A stretch of 64,000 nucleotides of DNA, taken from a bacterium HR21 (GTDB lineage: Bacteria; Bacteroidota; Ignavibacteria; Kapaibacteriales; HRBIN21). Under the pieces are notes generated by a model. That model had not been told where the DNA came from. It saw nothing but the letters and a program-made list of their open reading frames with translations, and did not search any database. Shown here piece by piece: positions 19,442-29,500 of the stretch. Made by a program: the position numbers and the translations under genes. The stretch spans positions 115,790 through 179,789 of the forward strand of contig BEHX01000001.1 of assembly GCA_002898295.1 (NCBI GenBank), written 5' to 3'. Every line of letters begins with the position of its first letter. Within the stretch, counting starts at the first letter, position 1.

Positions 19442-20080
19442 ATGAAGAGCCTGCGCGGGAGCCGCCGCCTGGCACGCGAGAAGGTGCTGCAGATTTTCGC
19501 CGCGGCAACAGCGGCGCAGGTTCCCTGGGACACGGTCTTTGAGCACATCTTCTACCGCGATTTCACCGTGGACATCCCCACCCCGGTCCGTCCGTTACTT
19601 ACTCCGGAGGAGCTCCAGGAGGTCGAAGCTGATACCCCGATTCACTGGGAGGAAGACGAGCTGCGCTTTGCCCGGCAGCTTCTGGAGGCAGCAGAGCGCT
19701 TCCGAGAGGTTGCGGCAGAGGCTCTCTGCAACGTCTTGCAGCATTGGGATATAGAGCGCCTGGTGCCTATTGACCGGCTGATCTTGCAGCTCGGCATCGC
19801 TGAGATGCTGGCGTTCCCACAAACGCCAGTACCGGTCGTCATTGACGAGGCAGTGGAGCTGGCAAAGAAGTACTCCACCGAGCACAGTGGGCAGTTTGTC
19901 AACGGGGTGCTTGAGGCAGCCTACTACTGGCTCGTCGAGCGTGGACTGCGTGCTCCTTCCCCGGAGATGCGCCCGCGGACGGCACAGGAGGCGTTGCAGG
20001 CATTCGAGCTTCCGCAGGGGTACAATGCCGAGGTCTTTCACACACTTCCCGGCTCATCTGGGCAGGGATCATCGCAGTAA
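19442..20080 (+). CDS. nusB: transcription antitermination factor NusB
   Basis: REKVLQILFAA-type N-terminus and all-helical NusB fold signatures, with a C-terminal extension. Confidence 0.7.
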   Translation: MKSLRGSRRLAREKVLQIFAAATAAQVPWDTVFEHIFYRDFTVDIPTPVRPLLTPEELQEVEADTPIHWEEDELRFARQLLEAAERFREVAAEALCNVLQHWDIERLVPIDRLILQLGIAEMLAFPQTPVPVVIDEAVELAKKYSTEHSGQFVNGVLEAAYYWLVERGLRAPSPEMRPRTAQEALQAFELPQGYNAEVFHTLPGSSGQGSSQ

Positions 20081-21121
20081 CTCTTCCGGCTGCCATGCCT
20101 CCGGCGGGAGGATGAGTACTTCCGGTTCCAGCGCGATACCGAAGCGCTCATAGACCGAGCGCCAAAGCTGGGCAGCGAAACGCAGCAGCTCCCTCCCCGT
20201 TGTTGGACCGTAGGCAACCAGAACCAGGGCATGGTGCTGCCACGTCCCAACGGAGCCCTGCCGGATGCCTTTCCAGCCGCATTGTTCTAAGAGCCAGCCA
20301 GCGGGAATTTTGACCATCCCCTCCCCCTGTGGGAAGCAGGGCACCTGCGGGTAGCGGCGGCGGAGTTCTTCGGCATACTCCTGCGGGACAATCGGGTTTT
20401 TGAAGAAGCTACCGGCATTCGGAAGCTGGTGGGGGTCCGGGAGCTTGCGCCGGCGGAGGGTAACAACGGCGTGGAAGACGTCGAGCGCAGAGGGATGGAA
20501 GACGTGCGCAGCACGGAGAAAGCCATGGAGCTCCGGATAGTCCCAGCGAGGACAGGCACGGCGCAAGAGACGGAAGCGAACGTGGGTGATGACCAACTGC
20601 CCGAGAAACTGGGTCCGCAGGAGGCTGCTGCGATAACTCAATCCAGCGGCAGAAGCAGGCAGCCAGTAGAAAGCGTTCTGAGTTCGGTCCCAGACCTGGA
20701 GCCCTTCGAGGAACTGCTGGACTTCCACGCCATAAGCGCCGATGTTGTGCACTGGGGCAGCCCCAACTGTCCCAGGGATGAGGGCGAGATTTTCCAGCCC
20801 ATACCATTGGTTCCGGAGGCAGGTGACGACGAACTCATGCCAGGGTTCGCCGGCAGCAGCTTCAATGCAAACGGTGTCCTCTTCTGCCTCGATACAGCGG
20901 ATGCCCCGGAACTCAGCCCGGAGAACAATCCCGGGGTAGTCGTCGGCAAAAACAACATTGCTCCCATTGCCCAACGGGAGCACGGGAAGCTCCTCCAGGG
21001 GGAAGAGCTCCGGCAAGCGGAGGAGCTCCTCGGGCTGTGTACACCGCAGACGATAGGCTGCCTTTGCCGGGAGGCGAAAGCTCGTCCAGGATTGGAGCGA
21101 GGCGTTCGGTTCCCACTCCAT
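20069..21121 (-). CDS. murB: UDP-N-acetylenolpyruvoylglucosamine reductase
   Basis: FAD-binding GNGSNV motif and MurB C-terminal motifs (NAGSFFKNP). Convergent with nusB. Confidence 0.85.
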   Translation of the reverse strand: MEWEPNASLQSWTSFRLPAKAAYRLRCTQPEELLRLPELFPLEELPVLPLGNGSNVVFADDYPGIVLRAEFRGIRCIEAEEDTVCIEAAAGEPWHEFVVTCLRNQWYGLENLALIPGTVGAAPVHNIGAYGVEVQQFLEGLQVWDRTQNAFYWLPASAAGLSYRSSLLRTQFLGQLVITHVRFRLLRRACPRWDYPELHGFLRAAHVFHPSALDVFHAVVTLRRRKLPDPHQLPNAGSFFKNPIVPQEYAEELRRRYPQVPCFPQGEGMVKIPAGWLLEQCGWKGIRQGSVGTWQHHALVLVAYGPTTGRELLRFAAQLWRSVYERFGIALEPEVLILPPEAWQPEELLR

Positions 21122-21125
21122 CAGG

Positions 21126-23657
21126 TCACGAGCGTGAGGATCCTGCAGAGCTGCTTTTGCGGGTGGAGCTCAGACGTGTCCGCAGCTGCTCCTCCATCGC
21201 TTCCAGAAGCCGATACCATGCCTGGTCCGAGCCATCCAGCGGGATGCCTAGCGCGTGTGCTGCCTCGGCAGCATCTCTGTACCCGAGCCAGTAGAGGAGC
21301 GCTTGAACCGCGTTGCGTGCCTCCTCAGCGGAGAGGTGGTCGGAGGAAGTCCGGACCGTGTCGGAGAGCGGGCGGGAGAGGAGTGTTTCGGCATGCTTCC
21401 ACAACTGCGCGAGGGCAGCCTCGCGGAGGTGCCACCAGAGGCGCTGCCAGTCTTCGCGCTGGGAGTCTGTCGGCAGCGCTAGACTGAGAGCTTCAGCAGC
21501 GTGGCGTACGTCGGAGAAGCCCAGGACGGCGGCGAATTCCCGCACTTGGGCTTGGAGCTCCTCCAGAGAGGTCGGCGGACTTTCCCAGGACAGGATGCGG
21601 GCACCGGGATGTCCCGAGCGGGTCAGGAGCTCAGCAGCTGAGGAGAAGCCTTGACTTCGGGCCAGGGCATCGGCTCTTGCCTGAAGCTGTGTGCTGGGAG
21701 TTTGCTCCCGAGCCGCGGGGATATCCGCCCTCTGTGGGCGGAGGCTGCCGTCGGTCTGCGGCGGGAGTGGCTCGTTACGCAGCAGGCGATCCAGCTCCTG
21801 ACCGGAGAGGACTTCGCGCTCGAGCAGTGCCTGGGCAATGCGGTGGAGAGCATCGAGGTGGTCTCGCAGCAGGCGCTCGGCTTTCTCCATCGCTTCGGTG
21901 ACAATGCGGCGCACTTCAGCATCAATTAGCCGCGCTGTTTCCTCGCTGTAATCGCGCGGTTGCACAATTTCCCGTCCCAAAAAGACTTCTTCGTGCCGGT
22001 TGCTGAGGGCAACAGGACCGAGCACCTCGCTCATGCCCCATTCGCAGACCATCTTCCGGGCAAGGCGAGTGGCTTGCTCGAGGTCGTTAGCAGCGCCGGT
22101 GGTGACCTGGTTGAAGACGACTTTTTCCGCTGCTCGCCCGCCCAGAATTATCACGATGCGGTCTTCGATGTACTGCTTGGTCAGCGTGTAGCGGTCTTCC
22201 TCAGGCAACTGGGCAGTGACTCCGAGTGCGCGTCCGCGCGGGATGATGGTGACCTTGTGGATGGGATCAGCTGTTGGCAGCAGCTTGGCCACCAGGGCGT
22301 GTCCGGCTTCGTGGTAGGCGGTGACACGGCGTTCGTGGTCGGAGAGGACCACGCTGCGGCGCTCGATGCCCATGAGGATTTTGTCTTTGGCGTCCTCGAA
22401 ATCGCGCATGGTGACCATGCGGCTATTGCGGCGGGCGGCAAGGAGCGCGGCTTCATTGACCAGATTGGCGAGATCAGCACCGGAAAAGCCGGGCGTGCTT
22501 TTCGCCAGCGTTGCCAGATCAACATCGGGTGCCAGCGGGATGCGCCGTGTATGGACACGCAGAATCTGCTCCCGACCGCGCACATCGGGGAGGTCTACCA
22601 CGATCCGCCGGTCAAAGCGCCCTGGGCGCAGCAGAGCTGGGTCCAGGATATCGGGACGGTTGGTCGCAGCCAAGACGACGATCCCGCTGTTTTGCTCAAA
22701 GCCGTCCATCTCCACCAGGAGCTGGTTGAGGGTCTGTTCCCGTTCGTCGTGCCCGCCTCCGAGTCCTGCACCACGCTGGCGTCCGACGGCATCCAGCTCG
22801 TCAATGAAGACGATGCAGGGGACATGGCGTTTGGCTTGCTCGAAGAGGTCCCGGACACGGGCAGCACCGACGCCCACGAACATCTCCACGAAGTCTGCTC
22901 CGGAGATGGAGAAGAAGGGGACACCTGCTTCGCCCGCCACTGCCCGCGCGAGCAACGTTTTACCCGTTCCCGGCGGACCGACCAGGAGGACGCCTTTGGG
23001 GACTTTCGCTCCGAGGGCTCGGAAGCGCTCGGGATTGCGCAGGAATTCGATGATTTCCCGTAGCTCCTCCTTTGCCTCTTCCGCCCCTGCAACGTCATCG
23101 AAGGTAACTCGGGGTTGCGAAGGATCGCTGATACGGACGCGGGCTTTATTGAAGGAGAAGATGTTGCGCGTTGCCCCAATCTGCATGCGCTGCAACAGCA
23201 GAAAGTAAATGGCAATGAGCGCCACCCAGGGCAGGATCGTGATGAGGCTGTCCCACCAGGGGTTATCGCCGGATTCGTACGTCCAGGTAATGCCTTTCTC
23301 CGCCCAGAGCCGCTCGGTTTCAGCGTCGAGGACTCCGAGCTTCGTCACAATGTACTGCACCTGGCGCGGGCGCCCATCGCGGATGAGCGTGATGGGCTCT
23401 TTGAGGACGCCGTGGAACTCGTAGTCATTGAAGCGGGATTTGACAATGGTAGCGGAGGCAATCTTGCCCTCCTCCAGGAGCTGGCGGTACTCGGTATATG
23501 TGACCGGCCACTCCGGACGATCTGTCCCGCGCAGGAGGATGTAGAGCACGAGGATGCCCATCAGGAGGAACATCCACCCCAGAACCGTCCGGAAGAGGCG
23601 TCCAAATGAGGGAGTCCTATCCGACGGTGGATGCGGTGAGCGTGTCGGCTGCGTCAT
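21126..23657 (-). CDS. ftsH: ATP-dependent zinc metalloprotease FtsH with a ~230 aa C-terminal extension
   Basis: Walker A (GPPGTGKT), SRH, and HEAGH zinc site, plus two N-terminal TM segments. The canonical FtsH portion is ~610 aa and the protein continues to 843 aa. Confidence 0.9.
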   Translation of the reverse strand: MTQPTRSPHPPSDRTPSFGRLFRTVLGWMFLLMGILVLYILLRGTDRPEWPVTYTEYRQLLEEGKIASATIVKSRFNDYEFHGVLKEPITLIRDGRPRQVQYIVTKLGVLDAETERLWAEKGITWTYESGDNPWWDSLITILPWVALIAIYFLLLQRMQIGATRNIFSFNKARVRISDPSQPRVTFDDVAGAEEAKEELREIIEFLRNPERFRALGAKVPKGVLLVGPPGTGKTLLARAVAGEAGVPFFSISGADFVEMFVGVGAARVRDLFEQAKRHVPCIVFIDELDAVGRQRGAGLGGGHDEREQTLNQLLVEMDGFEQNSGIVVLAATNRPDILDPALLRPGRFDRRIVVDLPDVRGREQILRVHTRRIPLAPDVDLATLAKSTPGFSGADLANLVNEAALLAARRNSRMVTMRDFEDAKDKILMGIERRSVVLSDHERRVTAYHEAGHALVAKLLPTADPIHKVTIIPRGRALGVTAQLPEEDRYTLTKQYIEDRIVIILGGRAAEKVVFNQVTTGAANDLEQATRLARKMVCEWGMSEVLGPVALSNRHEEVFLGREIVQPRDYSEETARLIDAEVRRIVTEAMEKAERLLRDHLDALHRIAQALLEREVLSGQELDRLLRNEPLPPQTDGSLRPQRADIPAAREQTPSTQLQARADALARSQGFSSAAELLTRSGHPGARILSWESPPTSLEELQAQVREFAAVLGFSDVRHAAEALSLALPTDSQREDWQRLWWHLREAALAQLWKHAETLLSRPLSDTVRTSSDHLSAEEARNAVQALLYWLGYRDAAEAAHALGIPLDGSDQAWYRLLEAMEEQLRTRLSSTRKSSSAGSSRS

Positions 23658-23696
23658 GGAGTTCCAGCTCTTGATGACACCGCGAAGGACGTACGT

Positions 23697-24263
23697 TTAC
23701 AGCCCCGATTGCCCTTCTGCGATGGGCTCGGCAGCGTAGATATCGGGCAGGTTGCGTCCCGCCTCGGCGTAGTCCATACCGTAGCCGACAACGAAGACAG
23801 GTGGGATCTGGAGCCCAATGTACGCCAGCGGGAGCCCGAGGTGGTGGGCAGCGGGCTTTGCCAGCAGAGTGACAATCCGCAGCGATGCTGGCTGCTGTGC
23901 CTCCAGGAAGCGGACCAGTTCTTGCAACGTCAGCCCGGTGTCCACAATGTCTTCAATGAGCAGCACATCCCGTCCGCGGAGTTCCAGCGCGGGAGCCTCA
24001 ATGTGAACAGTGCCCGAGGAGACCATGGCAGCCCCGTAGCTGCGGGCGCGGATAGTCTCGATAGTACACGCCAGAGGCAGCTGGCGCAACAGATCAGCCG
24101 CGAAGACGAAGGCACCCTTCAGTACGATGAGGCAAACCGGCTCAGTACCGGCGTAGTCGTGCCGGAGCTGCTCGGCAAGGGCGCGAACCCGCTCGGCAAT
24201 CTCGTCGCGCCGCACAAATAGGCGGAAGGCTCTGCCGCGCAGTTCAATCCGTTCTGGAACCAT
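23697..24263 (-). CDS. hpt: hypoxanthine phosphoribosyltransferase
   Basis: PRPP-binding motif (VLLIEDIVDTGLT). Start at MVPERIELRG. Sits in the conserved tilS-hpt-ftsH arrangement. Confidence 0.85.
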   Translation of the reverse strand: MVPERIELRGRAFRLFVRRDEIAERVRALAEQLRHDYAGTEPVCLIVLKGAFVFAADLLRQLPLACTIETIRARSYGAAMVSSGTVHIEAPALELRGRDVLLIEDIVDTGLTLQELVRFLEAQQPASLRIVTLLAKPAAHHLGLPLAYIGLQIPPVFVVGYGMDYAEAGRNLPDIYAAEPIAEGQSGL

Positions 24264-25665
24264 GCTCTGGCTGGGCGGAATATCCGACAAACAGGAGGCG
24301 GAGCCGCAGGCAGCGGCGAGTCTGCGGGGTAAGCTTGACGGTATCGCTGAGCCGGACGCCGCAAACCCAGAGGACGCGCTGTCCATCGGCGAGTACGGTC
24401 AGGAGGCGTCGGCGCCAGAAGGGAAGGCGCTGGTTTGTCAGGAAATCGCCCAGCTTGATCTCCTTGGGCATCCCCAGGGGGTGGAACCGATCGCCCGGCT
24501 GGGGAGGGCGCCATTGGAGCAGCGGCGGCAGGCGCTCGGCGTCGAGCACTTCCGTGGTGGGATCGTCGCCGAAGCGGACAGCGGCGCATTCCACCGGCTC
24601 GAACTCTAGCATCCACGGACCGACCCGATGGCGTCCCCGAGGCTCAAGGGTCAGCGAAGGCAGCGGCGGTGCTGGTGGCAGGAGGCTCAGCCCAGCATGC
24701 TCCCGCACCAGGAGCACGCCCTGGGTGAGCACAAGGCGCTTGCCCGTGGGGGCATTCCGCAAATCCAGCGCTCGCAGCGCATGCTCGGCTGGAGGACCGT
24801 AGGGGACACCCAGCTGCCGTAGTCCCAGCCGGAGCAGTTCCAGACGGAAGAACGGTGGGAGAGCATCCCAGGAGCTGTCCGCGAAGAAGAAGCCGCCACC
24901 GGGAAGAGCTGCCTGCTGCAGCAGGGGGCGGAGCAGCTGCTCGATGCCTTCGAGAGCTTGCCGGAGCAGGCTGCTGCAGCGGGCAATGTTCGTAATGGCA
25001 GCAGGGACAAGCTCCTCCAATCGAGGGAGCACATCCCACCGGAGACGATTGCGCCGGAAGCGTCGGTCGCGGTTGCTGGCATCGTCTCGCCATGGAATCC
25101 CGCGGGTGCGGGCATACGCGTAGAGCTGCTCTTTGCGCACCGATAGCAGTGGTCGGATGAGCCAGCAGCCGGGAAAGAGTTCTCGACACGGGGGGATGCC
25201 CGCTAGCCCTTCTAGCCCACTGCCTCGCAGGAGGTTCAGGAGAACGGTTTCGGCGTTGTCGTCCAGCGTGTGTGCCAGGGCAACGTGTGTCGCACCGAAG
25301 GAGCGGGCACTGCGCTGGAGAAACTCGTAGCGTAATGTCCGCGCCGCAACCTGCAGTGAGCAACGGTGAGTACGTGCATACTCCCGAACAGGAAGGCGCT
25401 CCAGCATTACGGAAAGCCCGCGTTCGCCGGCGAGCTGGCGGACGAATTCGGCGTCCTCCTCCGATGCCCGACCGCGAAGTCCATGATCAGCATGGGCAAC
25501 GGCAAGCAGAAATCCCAGCTCAGAGGAGAGCTCGAAGAGTAGCTCCAGGAGCACAACGGAATCCACCCCACCGCTGACGGCACACAGGACTCGGCTCCCG
25601 TTCCCGATACCCCAGGGACGCAAGCGTTCCCGGACATGCGCGCGCAGAACCTCTACGATAGACAT
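24244..25665 (-). CDS. tilS: tRNA(Ile)-lysidine synthetase
   Basis: PP-loop SGGVDS motif. Its 3' end overlaps the hpt start. Confidence 0.85.
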   Translation of the reverse strand: MSIVEVLRAHVRERLRPWGIGNGSRVLCAVSGGVDSVVLLELLFELSSELGFLLAVAHADHGLRGRASEEDAEFVRQLAGERGLSVMLERLPVREYARTHRCSLQVAARTLRYEFLQRSARSFGATHVALAHTLDDNAETVLLNLLRGSGLEGLAGIPPCRELFPGCWLIRPLLSVRKEQLYAYARTRGIPWRDDASNRDRRFRRNRLRWDVLPRLEELVPAAITNIARCSSLLRQALEGIEQLLRPLLQQAALPGGGFFFADSSWDALPPFFRLELLRLGLRQLGVPYGPPAEHALRALDLRNAPTGKRLVLTQGVLLVREHAGLSLLPPAPPLPSLTLEPRGRHRVGPWMLEFEPVECAAVRFGDDPTTEVLDAERLPPLLQWRPPQPGDRFHPLGMPKEIKLGDFLTNQRLPFWRRRLLTVLADGQRVLWVCGVRLSDTVKLTPQTRRCLRLRLLFVGYSAQPEHGSRTD

Positions 25666-26714
25666 CGGAGGCTAGTGACTGGTTCTGTGACCTGCTGCCC
25701 GGTCCGGAGAGCTCGGTGCTGCTCTTCCCAGAAAGCGAGTGCGTCGGCGTAGGAGTGGAGGATGTCCTCCACCGCGCTGAAGGAACAGGCGCTCATGAGC
25801 CGATGTCGGACCGCGGCAGAGTGGGGCAATCCCCGGAGGTAGCCAGCGTAGAACTTGCGGAATTCCCGCACGGCACGCTCTTCGCCCTTGAAAGTGATGG
25901 CAAGCTGCAAGTGACCAAGGCACGTCTGAATGCGCTCCTGCGGAGTTGGTACGGAGTAGCTCCCCGTTGCGAGCATCTGCTTTGCCTGCTGGAAGATGAA
26001 GGGATTGCCAATAGCGGCGCGCCCGATCATGACCGCATCGCAGCCTGTCTCTGCGAAGGCACGCACGACATCCTCCGGCGAGGACACATCCCCATTGAGG
26101 ATGACTGGGATGGAAACGGCTTCCTTGATGCGGGGGATCCACGACCAATCGGCTTTCCCCGAATGCCCCTGGTCTCGGGTACGACAATGGACGCAGAGTG
26201 CAGCAATGCCTGCCTCTTGTTCCAGACGTCGGGCAATGTTCACGATGTGGATAGAGTCAGCAGACCATCCCAGTCGGGTCTTGACCGTCACAGGTAACCG
26301 GACAGCCCGGACCATTGCACGTGCCAGGGCAACCATTCGGTCGGGGTCTTTCAAGAGGGCAGCTCCCGCATTGCGGGCAACCACGTTCTGTACCCAGCAG
26401 CCGCAGTTGAGGTCCAGAAAGTCGGGTCCACACTCTGCCGCCCTGCGAGCAGCTTCAACGACGGTAGAGAGCTCCCCACCGAAGATTTGGATCGCGACCG
26501 GATGTTCCTCAGGATGCAGGCGCAGCTTCTGCAGGGCTTTCCATGCTCCGCGGACGATCCCGTCAGAGGAGGTGAACTCCGTGTACACGATATCGGCCCC
26601 CATCTGCCGGCAGAGCAGTCGGAAGGCAAGGTCTGTGACATCCTCCATCGGTGCCAGCACGACAGCATTGGCAACCTGCACAGAGCCAATGCGCAGGACA
26701 GCGTACGAGGTCAT
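25653..26714 (-). CDS. dusB: tRNA-dihydrouridine synthase
   Basis: Dus TIM-barrel motifs (LAPMEDVTD, catalytic Cys region NCGCW). Start at MTSYAVLRIG. The longer ORF-track reading overlaps mpg on the opposite strand. Confidence 0.8.
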   Translation of the reverse strand: MTSYAVLRIGSVQVANAVVLAPMEDVTDLAFRLLCRQMGADIVYTEFTSSDGIVRGAWKALQKLRLHPEEHPVAIQIFGGELSTVVEAARRAAECGPDFLDLNCGCWVQNVVARNAGAALLKDPDRMVALARAMVRAVRLPVTVKTRLGWSADSIHIVNIARRLEQEAGIAALCVHCRTRDQGHSGKADWSWIPRIKEAVSIPVILNGDVSSPEDVVRAFAETGCDAVMIGRAAIGNPFIFQQAKQMLATGSYSVPTPQERIQTCLGHLQLAITFKGEERAVREFRKFYAGYLRGLPHSAAVRHRLMSACSFSAVEDILHSYADALAFWEEQHRALRTGQQVTEPVTSLRCLS

Positions 26715-26753
26715 CGTCACAGGCAAGCTGAACAAACCCGGGGTAGAAGACGG

Positions 26754-27386
26754 ATGAGCGTACGGGAAGTGTTTGAGCCGGACCCGCAGAGAGCCTTGCC
26801 GTGCCAGATTTTCCGGCGTCCGACGCGAGAGGTAGCGCGGAGCCTCCTTGGAGCGATTCTGGTCAAGCGGGAACCCGAAGGGTGGTGCGCTGCCCGGCTG
26901 GTGGAGGTGGAGGCGTATCTTCCCGAGGGGGATCCCGCAAACCACGCCTTCCGCGGGAAGACGCGGCGGAATGCCGCGATGTTCGAGCCTGGAGGGGTGC
27001 TCTACGTCTACGCTATCTATGGGCGCCATCGCTGCGTCAACATCGTCACCGAAGGGGCGGGACAGGGAGCTGCTGTCCTGCTGCGAGCAGCCGAGCCCGT
27101 GCTCGGGCTTGAGCTCTTCCGCCGTCGTCGGGGCGACGTGCCGCCGGAGGAGCTCTGCCGTGGACCGGCGCATCTTGCTCGAGCTTTCGGCTTCGATCTC
27201 TCGGATAATTTTCGCTCGATCTGTACCGCGGAGCTCTTCGTGCAAGCCCCGCCCGAACCGGTGCCCGAGGAGCTCATCGGCTGTGGACCGCGTATTGGGG
27301 TCAGTCGCGGACGCGAGCTCCTGTTGCGCTTCTTCCTGCGCACCTCTGCGTGCCTTTCGGGTCCACGCCGCTGGAGCGGGCTATAG
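26754..27386 (+). CDS. mpg: DNA-3-methyladenine glycosylase (Mpg/AAG family)
   Basis: AAG-family motifs ([23 protein letters not shown]-like AIYG). Confidence 0.75.
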   Translation: MSVREVFEPDPQRALPCQIFRRPTREVARSLLGAILVKREPEGWCAARLVEVEAYLPEGDPANHAFRGKTRRNAAMFEPGGVLYVYAIYGRHRCVNIVTEGAGQGAAVLLRAAEPVLGLELFRRRRGDVPPEELCRGPAHLARAFGFDLSDNFRSICTAELFVQAPPEPVPEELIGCGPRIGVSRGRELLLRFFLRTSACLSGPRRWSGL

Positions 27387-27456
27387 CTCCGAGGACTTTT
27401 TCAGATATTCGCGCCGGTTCAGGCGACTGCGTCGGTTGGACAGGAGGAGGAACGCC

Positions 27457-28734
27457 GTGGTGGATCTCTTCGAACGCTGTTATGCCTTCCGGCGGGCAGA
27501 TGAAGTCAAGGCGTTGGGGCTCTATCCGTACTTCCACCCGATTGAGGAGAACGAGGGACCGGTGGTGACCATCGGGGGACGCAAAATCATCATGGCAGGC
27601 TCCAACAACTACCTGGGGCTGACCACGCACCCGAAAGTCAAGGAAGCGGCAATGGCAGCAATCCGGAAGTACGGCACGGGCTGTTCCGGCTCGCGCTACT
27701 TGACCGGGACGCTCGACTTGCACGTTGAGCTGGAAGAACGGCTGGCGAAGTTTCTCGGCTATGAAGCTGTGTTGCTCTTCAGCACGGGCTTCCAGACAGC
27801 GCTGGGCACCATTGCCGGACTGGTGCAGAAAGGCGATTACGTCATCAGTGACCGAGAAAACCATGCCTCGATCGTTGCCGGTGCCCTCATGGCGAAGGGG
27901 ATGGGAGCGGAATTCATCCGCTATCGGCACAACGACATGGACGACCTGGAGCGGGTCCTCTCCAGACTGCCCGAGTCTGCTGCGAAGCTGGTCGTCTCCG
28001 ATGGGGTCTTCTCGGTGACCGGAGAAATTGTGGATCTGCCGCGTCTGCTGGAGATTGCGCATCGGTACAATGCACGGGTACTCATCGATGATGCGCACGC
28101 CATAGGAGTCATCGGGATTGGAGGGCGCGGGACGGCGAGCATGTTCGGGCTCACTGAGCAGACTGACCTGACCATGGGCACGTTCTCGAAGACCTTTGCG
28201 TCGCTGGGTGGTTTTGTGGCAGGTCCGGAGCGGGTGATCAACTACCTCAAGCACCACTCCTCGGCACTCATCTTCAGTGCCAGCCCGACACCGGCGTCGT
28301 GTGCAGCAGCCCTAGCGGCACTGGAAATCCTCGAAGAGCATCCTGAGCTGGTGGATAAGCTCCTCCGGAACGCCAACAAGATGCGGCAGGGCTTCAAGGA
28401 GATGGGCTTCCACACGCTCGACGGGCAGACCGCTATTGTCCCTGTCATTGTCGGCGATGTGCAGACAGCGCTCCTGTTCTGGCGCAAGCTCTTCGATGCG
28501 GGCGTCTATGTCAACACCTTTATCCCGCCTGGCGTTCCGCCGAACATGAGCATGATGCGTACCAGCTACATGGCAACGCACGAGGATGAGCACCTGGATC
28601 GGATTCTGGAGGTCTTCGAGAAGGTCGGGCGTGAGCTCGGTTTGCTGAGCGCGGAGGCCCGGGAGCGCATTGCTGCGGGCATTGCTCAGGATCGGCTCGC
28701 GCGCATTCCGGAATCAGATCGTCAAGTCCCGTAA
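27457..28734 (+). CDS. PLP-dependent alpha-oxoamine synthase family acyltransferase (serine palmitoyltransferase / BioF / KBL-like)
   Basis: AOS family motifs ([11 protein letters not shown]-lysine motif [12 protein letters not shown]). No ATG lies upstream in frame. A GTG at 27457 sits 9 nt downstream of an AGGAGG sequence. Confidence 0.7.
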   Translation: MVDLFERCYAFRRADEVKALGLYPYFHPIEENEGPVVTIGGRKIIMAGSNNYLGLTTHPKVKEAAMAAIRKYGTGCSGSRYLTGTLDLHVELEERLAKFLGYEAVLLFSTGFQTALGTIAGLVQKGDYVISDRENHASIVAGALMAKGMGAEFIRYRHNDMDDLERVLSRLPESAAKLVVSDGVFSVTGEIVDLPRLLEIAHRYNARVLIDDAHAIGVIGIGGRGTASMFGLTEQTDLTMGTFSKTFASLGGFVAGPERVINYLKHHSSALIFSASPTPASCAAALAALEILEEHPELVDKLLRNANKMRQGFKEMGFHTLDGQTAIVPVIVGDVQTALLFWRKLFDAGVYVNTFIPPGVPPNMSMMRTSYMATHEDEHLDRILEVFEKVGRELGLLSAEARERIAAGIAQDRLARIPESDRQVP

Positions 28735-28738
28735 GCGG

Positions 28739-29500
28739 ATGCAAGGGCGGCGGGAGCGTGGGCTTCAGGGGCGGGTTTCCTTGGTGACCGGCGCAGCCAT
28801 TGGGAATGGGCGAGCCTTCTGCGAGCGTCTGGCCGAAGAGGGCAGTCGGATTGTCATTGCTGACATCGCTGATGCCAGTGACACCGCAGAAGCTGTCCGC
28901 CGCCTCGGTGCCGAGGTGCTCACCATCCGGGCTGACCTGACCAAGCCCGACGATGTGGCAACGATGATGGAGACCATCCGTGCCCAATGGGGTGGGGTGG
29001 ATATCCTCGTCCACAATGTCGGACTCTACGAGGAGGAGCCTTTCGAGCTGCTGAGCTTCGAGCAGTGGAAGCGGATGCTGGAAATCACGCTCAACAGCCT
29101 CTTCCTGACTGTCAAGGCGGTGTTGCCCTCGATGAAAGAGCGCGGCTTCGGGCGGATCATTGCGCTATCGTCTGATACGGTTTGGCTGGGAATGCCGTAC
29201 CTGGTGCACTACGTGACAGCGAAGATGGGCATCATCGGCTTTGTGCGTTCGCTGGCAGCCGAGGTAGGGCGCTACGGCATCACTGTCAACGCCATCACCG
29301 TTGGGCTGACAGCCACGCAGCGTCCGGACGCCGCTCCGCTGTCGCAGACGATTCTGCAGCATATCTTGCCCACGCAGGCAGTCCATCGGGCTGATGAGCC
29401 CGAGGACATTGCCAATGTGGTTGCCTTCCTCGCATTGCCAGAATCGGGCATTATTACCGGGCAGACGATCAACGTAGACGGTGGTGTTGCACGGCACTGA
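28739..29500 (+). CDS. classical short-chain dehydrogenase/reductase (FabG-like)
   Basis: TGAAIGNG cofactor motif, NVG, and a YVTAK catalytic dyad. It lies 5 nt after the AOS stop. Confidence 0.8.
   Translation: MQGRRERGLQGRVSLVTGAAIGNGRAFCERLAEEGSRIVIADIADASDTAEAVRRLGAEVLTIRADLTKPDDVATMMETIRAQWGGVDILVHNVGLYEEEPFELLSFEQWKRMLEITLNSLFLTVKAVLPSMKERGFGRIIALSSDTVWLGMPYLVHYVTAKMGIIGFVRSLAAEVGRYGITVNAITVGLTATQRPDAAPLSQTILQHILPTQAVHRADEPEDIANVVAFLALPESGIITGQTINVDGGVARH

Noticed and set aside
26848-27456. N-terminal 200-aa extension of the alpha-oxoamine synthase ORF
   Set aside because: It overlaps mpg in another frame and has no homology signal. The conserved AOS sequence begins just after a GTG preceded by AGGAGG at 27457.
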